Shown here one piece after another: positions 16,700 to 24,643 of a stretch of 26,062 nucleotides of DNA. Positions within the stretch are counted from its first letter, which is position 1; each line of letters starts with the position of its first letter. The stretch covers positions 1 to 26,062 of the forward strand of contig JBCCQY010000129.1 in assembly GCA_039208735.1 (NCBI GenBank), read 5' to 3'. The notes below the pieces were generated by a model. It saw only the letters and a program-made list of their open reading frames with translations, made no database searches and was not told the DNA's origin. The position numbers and the translations under genes were made by a program. This stretch comes from Myxococcota bacterium. GTDB taxonomy: Bacteria > Myxococcota_A > UBA796 > GCA-2862545.

Positions 16700-18006
16700 A
16701 GGACCTCCACGGCGCTGACGAGGGCCGCGCACATCTCTTCGTCGGCTCCCCAACGAAGGGCACGGTCCGTCGGGTTCCGGAAGCGACATTCGACGAACAG
16801 CCGATCGCCCGGATGGAATCGAACCGGCGTTTCAAACCAGTAGTCACCGTGCCACGCAAAGTCCCACTCCGCGACATCCAACAGGCAGGTCTGCGTGCCA
16901 TCGGCATGCATCACCGCCACCCGCCCCGACACGCCGTACTCATGCATGTGCAGAAACACCTTATGGAGGTCCCAACTCCGTTCTCGTCCGTAGATGGGCT
17001 GCGGATCCCAATGGACGGCAAAGGCCGCATCGACCGCACCTGGCTCGATGCGCATTCCGTTGTCGAACAGCCACAGTGGGTTCAAGACGGCGAAGGTGGT
17101 GGTCTCTGCGATGAACGGGGGCTCATCTTCGAGCTTGAAGGCAATGGACGACTGGTCTGAGAGCCCATCGGGGGCTGCAGACACGTCATAGTGAACATTG
17201 AGCAGGATCTTTCCGTCGTCCGGAAGCGGTGTGACCCAGCCTTCTGGGTAGTCCGCCCCCTCGGCTCCGGGAACCCATCCCCCTAAGATCCCCGAGGCCC
17301 CAAGGAAGGTCCCTTCATAGCAATCGAATCCTGCGCCAGGCTCCTCGGCCTGTCGACGTTCGGCATCGGCCAGATTGCGGCCGGTGACCGTCGAGATGAC
17401 GACATGATGGACCAATGCGCGGGTCCCTGGATCGAACCGAAGCCCCGTGACGTACCGCCCGCGCGCCTCGGGCGGCAAATCGATGACGAAGCAGCGAATG
17501 TCGTCGCTGTCACCCACCTTCCCGACGGGGGTGTAGGCCTCGGGCATGGTGACGACGGCATCGATCCGCGAAGGGCCCGGAGACGGGCGCTCGATCGGCG
17601 GCGCCGGAGCCTTGGGATCGCCCTCGGCCTGATCTCCTTCGAGCCATCGCAGAAGCGTGGCCCGTTCGGCGTCCGGGAGCCGTCGAGAATCGCGATAGGT
17701 CTGGCCACAGCAGCTCTCGGGAGGCCAAGGCGGCATGCGTTCCGAAGCCACCGCATCATGAACCGCGTCGCGAAACCGGACCACCTCATCGCGCGAAGTC
17801 AGCGGTAGTGCGGCAATGCCTCCGGGCTCATGGCACCCTTGGCACCGCGCGGCCACAATCGGTGCCACATCCTGGTGCCAGGTGGGTTCGGGATGATCGG
17901 CTGGCCATCCCGGCTCGGCCGGCGCTTCGAGGTTGCAGAAGGTGAAGGCAACATCAGCGTCGTAGCTGGCGCAGGACACCAGCCCCCACAAGGCCATGGA
18001 ACGCAT
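16696..18006 (-). CDS. Copper type II (PHM/DBM-like) monooxygenase lipoprotein with N-terminal c-type cytochrome domain
   Basis: LVSC lipobox; CQGCH and RMPPW heme domain; CuH ligands VHH and VHYD; CuM ligands HMH and EEMC; WDFAWHG.Y. Confidence 0.87.
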   Translation of the reverse strand: MRSMALWGLVSCASYDADVAFTFCNLEAPAEPGWPADHPEPTWHQDVAPIVAARCQGCHEPGGIAALPLTSRDEVVRFRDAVHDAVASERMPPWPPESCCGQTYRDSRRLPDAERATLLRWLEGDQAEGDPKAPAPPIERPSPGPSRIDAVVTMPEAYTPVGKVGDSDDIRCFVIDLPPEARGRYVTGLRFDPGTRALVHHVVISTVTGRNLADAERRQAEEPGAGFDCYEGTFLGASGILGGWVPGAEGADYPEGWVTPLPDDGKILLNVHYDVSAAPDGLSDQSSIAFKLEDEPPFIAETTTFAVLNPLWLFDNGMRIEPGAVDAAFAVHWDPQPIYGRERSWDLHKVFLHMHEYGVSGRVAVMHADGTQTCLLDVAEWDFAWHGDYWFETPVRFHPGDRLFVECRFRNPTDRALRWGADEEMCAALVSAVEVL

Positions 18007-18043
18007 CGGACTCCCCCGTCAGGGCAAGTCCGACCCCAAAGCG

Positions 18044-18062
18044 CCGAGTACCGGAAACTCGG
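18044..18062 (-). terminator. Possible weak hairpin terminator after the coiled-coil gene
   Basis: CCGAGT-7nt-ACTCGG directly after the stop, followed by only CGCTTT. Confidence 0.2.
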
Positions 18063-18063
18063 A

Positions 18064-18987
18064 TTACCGCGGGCGCGTCGCCACGGGCTCTTCGGTGGAC
18101 GGCAGGGGCACTTCGTTGAGGAAACCATCGCCCTCGGGCAACGTCGGGTCGCAAAACAGCACAGCCCAACCCTTGGTCTGCTTCTGTTCCTCGTCGATCA
18201 TCTCGCTGAAGGTGGGCAGCTGGTCACGCGAATCCACCGCCATGACGGTGGGGACGGCCTGACCCGACCGCACGCAGTGGGCGAACCGATCGCGACGGGA
18301 GTTGGTCATCAGCGTGTCCTGCACGACCTCCCGGCAGCGGCCAAGCTTGCGACGGTTGCCCTTGTCACAGATGTCGAGCTGGGCTCCGTTCACGAAGCGG
18401 TACCACTTGTTGACCAGCGCATCTTCCTTGGCTCGCCGGGTCTTCTTCTTCTGGGCGGTGAGGGCGACGCGCGTATCCGAAAGCTCTTCTTTGGTGGACT
18501 CGAGTTCGGCGATGAGCGCATCCTTTTCGGCGCGCACCACCTCGAGTTCTTCGAGGGCTTCCTTCAAGTCGGCCTGCGCTTGGGCGAGTTCGCGGGCCAG
18601 ATTGCGCCCACGGCTTGGTGTGGACGACGTTCCCGGCACCATGGGCTCGGGATCATCGTCGGCCTTCGCTTCGAGTTCCTTCACCCGCGCATTGCGCGCT
18701 TCGATCTCTTTTTCGAGGAAGCCGATCTTGTCCTTCGCCTGCTCAAGCTCGGTGAGGGTCTCGTCCTCGTTGCAGAGCTGCTGAAGCTCAGCCTGCGTGA
18801 GGTCGCGGGGAACCGCGACTTCGGCCGTCGTTTCGCTCGGCTTGGATGTCCAGCCAATGGCGACCCCAAGGGCCACCCCAAGCAACAGCGCCACAATCGC
18901 CGTGACGAAGGGCAGGACTGCGGCCATGGGGTTGTCGTCGTCGCCCCCACTCGATGTCGACTCGAAGTTTTCGGACTGTTCGCTCAT
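18064..18987 (-). CDS. Hypothetical membrane-anchored coiled-coil protein with Cys-containing C-terminal domain
   Basis: GGAGG SD; one TM helix (LPFVTAIVALLLGVALGVAIGW); long E/K/L heptads; four Cys in the last ~100 aa. Confidence 0.8.
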   Translation of the reverse strand: MSEQSENFESTSSGGDDDNPMAAVLPFVTAIVALLLGVALGVAIGWTSKPSETTAEVAVPRDLTQAELQQLCNEDETLTELEQAKDKIGFLEKEIEARNARVKELEAKADDDPEPMVPGTSSTPSRGRNLARELAQAQADLKEALEELEVVRAEKDALIAELESTKEELSDTRVALTAQKKKTRRAKEDALVNKWYRFVNGAQLDICDKGNRRKLGRCREVVQDTLMTNSRRDRFAHCVRSGQAVPTVMAVDSRDQLPTFSEMIDEEQKQTKGWAVLFCDPTLPEGDGFLNEVPLPSTEEPVATRPR

Positions 18988-19045
18988 CGCCCCCTCCAGT
19001 CACCCCGGACTGGCGTACCGTAGCTCGTTCCGGAGTCCGAAGCGG

Positions 19046-20668
19046 CTACCGCATCCATTGACGTCGCCGTACGACCTGGAGGTCGAGAAGCTCGTCGATC
19101 TCGTCATCGGGAAGCGTGGATGGATCGGTTTCAAGCGCCGCCGCCACCTCGTCTGAGACCAGGGCGAGAACCAGCGATCCGGCTCGATCGCGGGCGACGA
19201 TCACGGCCTCTCCTTCGTCCTCGGGGGCCTCGAGTGTCAGCTGCCCTCGATCCGCGGTGGCGATGACCTCACCTGCCTCGACGGCTTCCGCAAAGGCGAT
19301 CACGTCAAAACCACTCCTAAGGATCCGCACTCCGCCGGCCAAGACCAACCCCTCCCCATCGGGCCCAAGAGCGGTGAAGGGATCGGGTTTCACATGGCGA
19401 AGGGCCGCTTCGTAGAAAGCCAGCGTGCCCACCGCGGCCGGTGCGTGCTCCGACAACCAGCCGGCAAAGCGTTCGCCGACCGGACGACGGACCCACGGAT
19501 CGGAGGCCACATAGTCGGGCAGGGGATCGACAGCCGCATCCTCGTACAGATCGAGGGTGCATGGAACGACCGTTCGCAGACCGGCTTCGATGCGGCCCAC
19601 CGTGGCCCGAGGCGGCTCGGGCCGCCAGCGATAGCCCGTAGCGAACACGGCGTCCGGATCGGGCACCCGTTCTCCGGCCGCAGACGCCTCCTCCAATTCA
19701 CGCGCCACCGATTGGGGATCCGCCCCCTCGGCCAAGGCATCGACCCACGGGAGGACCGAAGCCACGTCCCCCGCCGAAGCCATGGAGGCATCAAGGAGGC
19801 GAGCCGCGAGATCCATGGCCACGTACCGCGAGCGGTCGAAGCCCCATCGCGGCAGCGGAGCTTCCTCGCCAAGGGCAAAGACCATTTGTTCGACGCGGCC
19901 GATCAGGTCGTCGAGCCGGTCGAACCCACCCGTTTCCGCCCGAAAGAACCGGTCTGCCCAGGCACGAAAGGCCGGTCCGTTGAGCCGCGAAAGATGGTGG
20001 TCGGCATAAGCAAGCCCATCGCTACACAGGTCGAGGGAGCCCCAGATGTGCGACACCGGCTGACCCGAGCGGAGCGTACGGGCCACGGCGGCAAGCTCAC
20101 GATCCACAAACGCCAAGCCATCCTGGATGAACGCTCGATCCCGTAGACCGTCGATCGGCCGAGGCCCCTGCGCCGCCGCCGCTTCGCAGTCCGGGCAGTA
20201 CGCACGAAACAAGGGCCCCTCGTGCCGAGGACAACGCCGCAAGCCAACTTCATCGAAGAAGTACCAGAGTACGACCGGAAACAGCTCGGCCACCCGCGCC
20301 GCCGTCGCGATGGTCAGCGGTGACGCCTCGGCCGACCAGGCGAAGCCAATCAGCAAATGGGCAAACTCGTGGGTAGACCACTTGGCCCGATGACCAGGAT
20401 GAAAGCTCCCGATAGGCAAGTCATGGCGAAAGTCGGTGTACTTCGGTTCGGGAATGGTGCCCTGGTCCCACGAAGGGGGTTCCGCTCCTTCATCGACGGG
20501 GTGGCGATGTTCGTAGTGGGCCAGGATGAGCCCTTCTCGAGCCGCCGCCTCGCCAATGAGTTGGGCCGCCGGGGAACGAACGAAGTCTCCCACCGGCAGG
20601 CCTTCCGGATACGCTCCTGGAGACGCAGGAGTGGCCAGACGTTCGAGGATGGCCTCGCTGCGACTCAT
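19046..20668 (-). CDS. Hypothetical protein: HExxH domain, Cys/His cluster and DUF2063/HvfC-like C-terminus
   Basis: STHEFAH...RVAE; CPRH...CPDC; LRTVVP...YVASDP...GERFAGWL...LAFYEAAL...VRILRSGFDV...IVARD; ATGA overlap with the upstream gene and GGAGG SD. Confidence 0.75.
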   Translation of the reverse strand: MSRSEAILERLATPASPGAYPEGLPVGDFVRSPAAQLIGEAAAREGLILAHYEHRHPVDEGAEPPSWDQGTIPEPKYTDFRHDLPIGSFHPGHRAKWSTHEFAHLLIGFAWSAEASPLTIATAARVAELFPVVLWYFFDEVGLRRCPRHEGPLFRAYCPDCEAAAAQGPRPIDGLRDRAFIQDGLAFVDRELAAVARTLRSGQPVSHIWGSLDLCSDGLAYADHHLSRLNGPAFRAWADRFFRAETGGFDRLDDLIGRVEQMVFALGEEAPLPRWGFDRSRYVAMDLAARLLDASMASAGDVASVLPWVDALAEGADPQSVARELEEASAAGERVPDPDAVFATGYRWRPEPPRATVGRIEAGLRTVVPCTLDLYEDAAVDPLPDYVASDPWVRRPVGERFAGWLSEHAPAAVGTLAFYEAALRHVKPDPFTALGPDGEGLVLAGGVRILRSGFDVIAFAEAVEAGEVIATADRGQLTLEAPEDEGEAVIVARDRAGSLVLALVSDEVAAALETDPSTLPDDEIDELLDLQVVRRRQWMR

Positions 20669-22239
20669 GGTCCCTCCCGAACGAAATCAGGGCATCGCGC
20701 GGCCGCCCACGTCGCGAGCCTTGCCCGATCGACGCGTCCGGCCTGCGTCTTGGGAAGTCCAGGATGGGCGAGGTACCGACGTACGGTGCCCCGAAGTGGG
20801 GTCTCCGATTCTCGGGTTTGCCATCGGGCCAACAGATCGGGGGTGAGCGTTCGACCCGCATGCAGTTCTACGACAAGCACGGGAAACGCCGATCCCTTTG
20901 GACCAACCCCGACGAGCACGCAATCCGCGACCTCGGCGTCTGCATCGAACAGGCCCTCCACGACCAAGGGCGTGACGATGCCTGAAGCGGTCTCAATCCG
21001 ATGCGCCATTTCGCCGCTGACCCAGATACGTTCGTCTTCGTCGAGGTAGCCAAGCCACCCCGTGCGATGCCAAGCTCCGCCGATCGTGCGTCGCTCTTCT
21101 TGCTCGGCATCCTCGTGATCGAGGACGAGGCCTCCCCGAGGTTGCACCACGATCTCCCCAAGTTCCCCCGCAGAACGGGGTTCAAGCGTGGCCATGGGTC
21201 CGTCGGTCACCGGACCGATGGCCACCGTCACATCATCGACCGGCCGCCCCACGCACACCCCAAAGCCCCGATGGGTCTTGTCGAGGGTCTCCGATCGGAC
21301 CTCGCGCACGCCAATGCGCGCGATGGGTCCGACGCCGGGCAGCCACCACACCGCCGCAAACGCCTCTCCGAGCTGGCGACTCCACGCCAGCATCCAGGTA
21401 CCGGGAAAGGGTCCGTCCCACACCTCCGTCCGAGCCACCGGAGCCACACTAGGCGGAGGGTGGCCCACCACTTCCTGGCCCGCGACCACGAACGTCACCT
21501 CGTGGTGGGCTCGGGCGACGATCCAGTCGGCAACCTCGAGCGAAGCCGGGAGCTGGGGATCGAGCTTTGGCCACACCGTGGTATGCCCCGCGGCAAGATG
21601 GGCATACACGCGGGACCATGTGGTCTCAAGCGCCACGTCCCCCGGTGATGGGTCCTCGAAGGCTAGCCGTTCCGCCAGCTGGTGATGGGTCAACTCGCGG
21701 GCCGCTTCGCCGTCCGGCACCTCGACCAGTCCCGGACGGGCGGGATCGATCGTCTCGGGCAAGGTGGTGGGGGGTTGGCCAAGATCCGCGAGCCGAACGC
21801 CCGAGAAGAACCAGGGTGATCCGGTCGCTACCGCCAGCTCCACGGAGGAGAAGGCCTCGGGAAAGAACGGCCGCAGCCGGTGCACCCAGGCCGACCCCAC
21901 CAACACCCGAGGCCGCGACTGCCGCAGTGCCCCCAAGGCTCGTGCCACGTCCACCCGACGGTCGGGCGCCACGACCACCGCCCCCAGTCGCCAACAGCCC
22001 ATCGCAAGGCCAAGCCAATCGATGCCGGCTCGCAAAAACAACGCCACCCGATCGTTGACCTTTACGCCCTGGTCCAGGAGACCTTGCGCGTACCGATCGG
22101 CCAGGACGTCCAGTTCGCTCCAGGTGTGGCTTGTCCAACTGGGTGCATCCCGATCGAACTCCGGGTCGGGCCACCGCAATGCGACCCCGTCGGGTGCGCG
22201 CTGGGCATGCTCGCGCACCAGCTCGGCGATGGTCGGCAT
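20665..22239 (-). CDS. AMP-binding (ANL) superfamily protein, OleC-like, catalytic motifs degenerate
   Basis: TWSELD..ADRYAQGL, GAVVV.PD, GVCVGRPV, GELGEIVV, WHRTG.LGYLD..RIW, HPGLP follow the OleC layout. Start ATG 22239, alternatively GTG 22269. Confidence 0.8.
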   Translation of the reverse strand: MPTIAELVREHAQRAPDGVALRWPDPEFDRDAPSWTSHTWSELDVLADRYAQGLLDQGVKVNDRVALFLRAGIDWLGLAMGCWRLGAVVVAPDRRVDVARALGALRQSRPRVLVGSAWVHRLRPFFPEAFSSVELAVATGSPWFFSGVRLADLGQPPTTLPETIDPARPGLVEVPDGEAARELTHHQLAERLAFEDPSPGDVALETTWSRVYAHLAAGHTTVWPKLDPQLPASLEVADWIVARAHHEVTFVVAGQEVVGHPPPSVAPVARTEVWDGPFPGTWMLAWSRQLGEAFAAVWWLPGVGPIARIGVREVRSETLDKTHRGFGVCVGRPVDDVTVAIGPVTDGPMATLEPRSAGELGEIVVQPRGGLVLDHEDAEQEERRTIGGAWHRTGWLGYLDEDERIWVSGEMAHRIETASGIVTPLVVEGLFDADAEVADCVLVGVGPKGSAFPVLVVELHAGRTLTPDLLARWQTRESETPLRGTVRRYLAHPGLPKTQAGRVDRARLATWAAARCPDFVREGP

Positions 22240-22307
22240 CGAGTTGTCCGTCCGTTTGAGGCGACCCACGCTTGGACCGCACCATGCACCGAGGATACCG
22301 CCCCCTC

Positions 22308-22970
22308 ATGGCACGCGCACCTGACTCGAACTCTCGCTACCGTCATGTCGACTTCGGCAAGAAACCGAAACTCGACCGTCTTCGCACCGATCAAGTCATT
22401 TGGGGAATCATCGCTGCCAACGTCGCCGTGTTCGTGGCGTGGCAGCGCCCAGAATTGCTGATGTTCATGGCTAAGCACTTTCTCGTCAGTGTTGAGTCGG
22501 TGACCAATCAGCGGATCTGGACGTTGCTGACCAGCGAGTTCTCTCATCGCGATGCGATGCACCTGTTCTTCAACATGTTTGGGCTCTACGTGTTTGGCCG
22601 GCCCATCGGCCAGGTCCGAGGGCCTTGGGAAGTCCTTCAGGTCTACGTCGTCGGCGCAATCTTGGCGTCGGTCGCCCACGTGATGTTCACCGGTTGGTTT
22701 GGCGATGGCGTACCGGCGTTAGGCGCCTCAGGCGCGATCATGGCCCTCGCAGCTTACTTTGGCGCGATGTACCCCGACCGCACACTCATCGTGCTGTTCT
22801 TCCCGATGCCCGCTGCGGCGGCGGTGGCGCTGTTCATCCTCGTCGATGTCTTTGGGCTCGCCACGCCAGGCAGCCCCATTGCGCACGCCGCACACCTTGG
22901 CGGCGCAGCCTACGGCTTGGCCTACTACCAGCTCGTGGTTGAGCCCCAGCTGCGAGGACGCGGCCGGTAG
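22308..22970 (+). CDS. Rhomboid family intramembrane serine protease
   Basis: WTLLTSEFSH, HLFFNM, catalytic GASG and AHAAHLGG; about six TM helices. Confidence 0.93.
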   Translation: MARAPDSNSRYRHVDFGKKPKLDRLRTDQVIWGIIAANVAVFVAWQRPELLMFMAKHFLVSVESVTNQRIWTLLTSEFSHRDAMHLFFNMFGLYVFGRPIGQVRGPWEVLQVYVVGAILASVAHVMFTGWFGDGVPALGASGAIMALAAYFGAMYPDRTLIVLFFPMPAAAAVALFILVDVFGLATPGSPIAHAAHLGGAAYGLAYYQLVVEPQLRGRGR

Positions 22971-22974
22971 CGGC

Positions 22975-23328
22975 CTACCACATGAGTAGCAAGACCGCGG
23001 AAGCGGTCGCGAGCAGCATGACGAACGAGGCGACGACGAGCAGCCAGGCGTACCATGGCACCTCGCTCTCCTCGGCGAGAGGGGGCGTAGGGGGCTCGAT
23101 GGAGGCCTCGGACAACGTGCTGTCTTCCATTCCCCGCGCCCGCGCTTGGTCGGCCGGTTGACCGTCGAGAAGACGGTGCTCGGTCGACTCGACACGGCGT
23201 TCGTAGCGTTGGCGCAGGTCGTCGAAGACATCCTCGGCGCCAGACCCCGACATAAGGACGGTGTCGACTTCCTCGGCTTCCTGCTCGGTCAAGTACTGCG
23301 AGAGGTCTTGGAGGTGCCGCTTGGCCAT
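22975..23328 (-). CDS. Hypothetical small acidic protein with C-terminal membrane anchor
   Basis: GAGGAG SD; acidic N-terminal region; terminal hydrophobic helix WYAWLLVVASFVMLLATASAVLLLMW. Confidence 0.7.
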   Translation of the reverse strand: MAKRHLQDLSQYLTEQEAEEVDTVLMSGSGAEDVFDDLRQRYERRVESTEHRLLDGQPADQARARGMEDSTLSEASIEPPTPPLAEESEVPWYAWLLVVASFVMLLATASAVLLLMW

Positions 23329-23413
23329 GGGCTCCTCGGAGGGTCAGGGAGGGGGAGGGGGCGGGAAACCCCTGTAGCGTACAGGATGTGACGTCAGGTT
23401 TCTGGGCCGTCGG

Positions 23414-24643
23414 TCACATGTCCCTTGCATACAATTGCACCCGATCCGCTGCCAGACGGGCGATCTTCAGGGCCATCGATTCCTCGGGATGCCGAACGAT
23501 CAGGAAGCCGTCTGACACCAGGGTCTGTCGCCAGTCGCGCCGCGGCGTGCCAACCTCCGCAAGGCCCTGCCAGACGACGTGTTCACCGTACTCAGCGAGA
23601 AAATCCGCCAAGCCTTCCACGCGGGAAATGTGCCCCGAACCGTGGGCGCGCTTGAAGACGATCGCGCAGGCATGGCTGCGGGGCGGGAGCGGATCGAGGG
23701 GGGTACCGGTCACCGCCTGCGCCCACGCCAAGTACAGGTCGCCATCGTGACTGAAGTTCATCTGGTCCACCAGGTGGGCGCCTGGGGGCCGACACCCGAT
23801 CTCACCAAACACTGCTTCGCCCGACGCTGTGCGGTACCACTCCATGTGGGTGAGTCCGGTCTGCATCCCGAGCACGCTCAACACCGCTCGTCCGAGGGCG
23901 ATCCCGTCGGTCAGGTGTGGATGATCGAGGTCCCGCCTCGTGATGATGATGGGCGACCGATGCTCATGGGTTCGCGCGATCAGGGGTCGTGGCAGGTACT
24001 CGGCGACATTCTCATAGACGGGCACCCCGTCGACGCAGAGCGTGTCGTACGTGAACTCCTCGCCATCGATGAACTCCTCGACGCTCACCTCGGGAACGTG
24101 CCCCAGGCGATCGAGAACCGACGACCAAGCGTCGGGATGATCCACCCGGTAGGTATCGGCACTCCCCGCGCCCGCGATGGGCTTCACGATGACGGGGTAG
24201 CCGATGGCGGTGGCCGCCTCGATCACCCCTTGTCGGCTCGTCTCGCGAGAGGACCGCGGAACCCGTAAACCAGCGTCGCGAAGCATCCGCTTCATCGCCT
24301 CTTTGTCGCGAAATCGCCGACTCACGTCGACCGACATGCCGGGCACCGACAGCGCTTCGCGCAACTCCGCGGCCACGAGCACCAACGGCTCCCAGAGCGC
24401 CTCGATGCGATCGAACCGTATGCGGTGCTCCTGCATCCAGTGCCGCACGGCGGCCAAGACGTTGCCGGCATCGAGCACCCGGTCGACCTTCAGGTAGGCC
24501 GTGAGCGCATCCCGGGTGTCGGCCGGCAACTCCGATTCCGGGCGATCCGCCACCCCCAACACCCGCGCCCCGGTGCGGGCGAGGGCTCGGACGTAGTCGT
24601 TCATCTCCACAGGAAACGCTGGCGATAAAAAGAGAACGTTCAT
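23414..24643 (-). CDS. ATP-grasp domain protein (amide/peptide ligase-like)
   Basis: ATG 24643 (ATGA overlap); FRDKEAMK, GYPVIVKPIAGAGSADT, VEEFIDGEE, THMEW, GEIGCRPPG. Confidence 0.92.
   Translation of the reverse strand: MNVLFLSPAFPVEMNDYVRALARTGARVLGVADRPESELPADTRDALTAYLKVDRVLDAGNVLAAVRHWMQEHRIRFDRIEALWEPLVLVAAELREALSVPGMSVDVSRRFRDKEAMKRMLRDAGLRVPRSSRETSRQGVIEAATAIGYPVIVKPIAGAGSADTYRVDHPDAWSSVLDRLGHVPEVSVEEFIDGEEFTYDTLCVDGVPVYENVAEYLPRPLIARTHEHRSPIIITRRDLDHPHLTDGIALGRAVLSVLGMQTGLTHMEWYRTASGEAVFGEIGCRPPGAHLVDQMNFSHDGDLYLAWAQAVTGTPLDPLPPRSHACAIVFKRAHGSGHISRVEGLADFLAEYGEHVVWQGLAEVGTPRRDWRQTLVSDGFLIVRHPEESMALKIARLAADRVQLYARDM

Noticed and set aside
18006..19040. 9-bp inverted repeat TCGGACTCC/GGAGTCCGA flanking the coiled-coil gene as possible mobile or invertible element ends
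   Set aside because: Too short, with no recombinase or transposase and no target duplication; compatible with chance.
20665..22239. Calling the AMP-binding gene a functional oleC or a pseudogene
   Set aside because: Catalytic motifs are absent, so it is unlikely to be a functional OleC, but the frame is intact and coupled to the next gene, so pseudogene status is unsupported.
9764..23328. A complete RiPP cluster (TldD/E, HExxH-HvfC-like protein, PHM-like enzyme)
   Set aside because: No precursor peptide, DUF692, YcaO or radical SAM gene was seen, and the genes lie in different transcription units.
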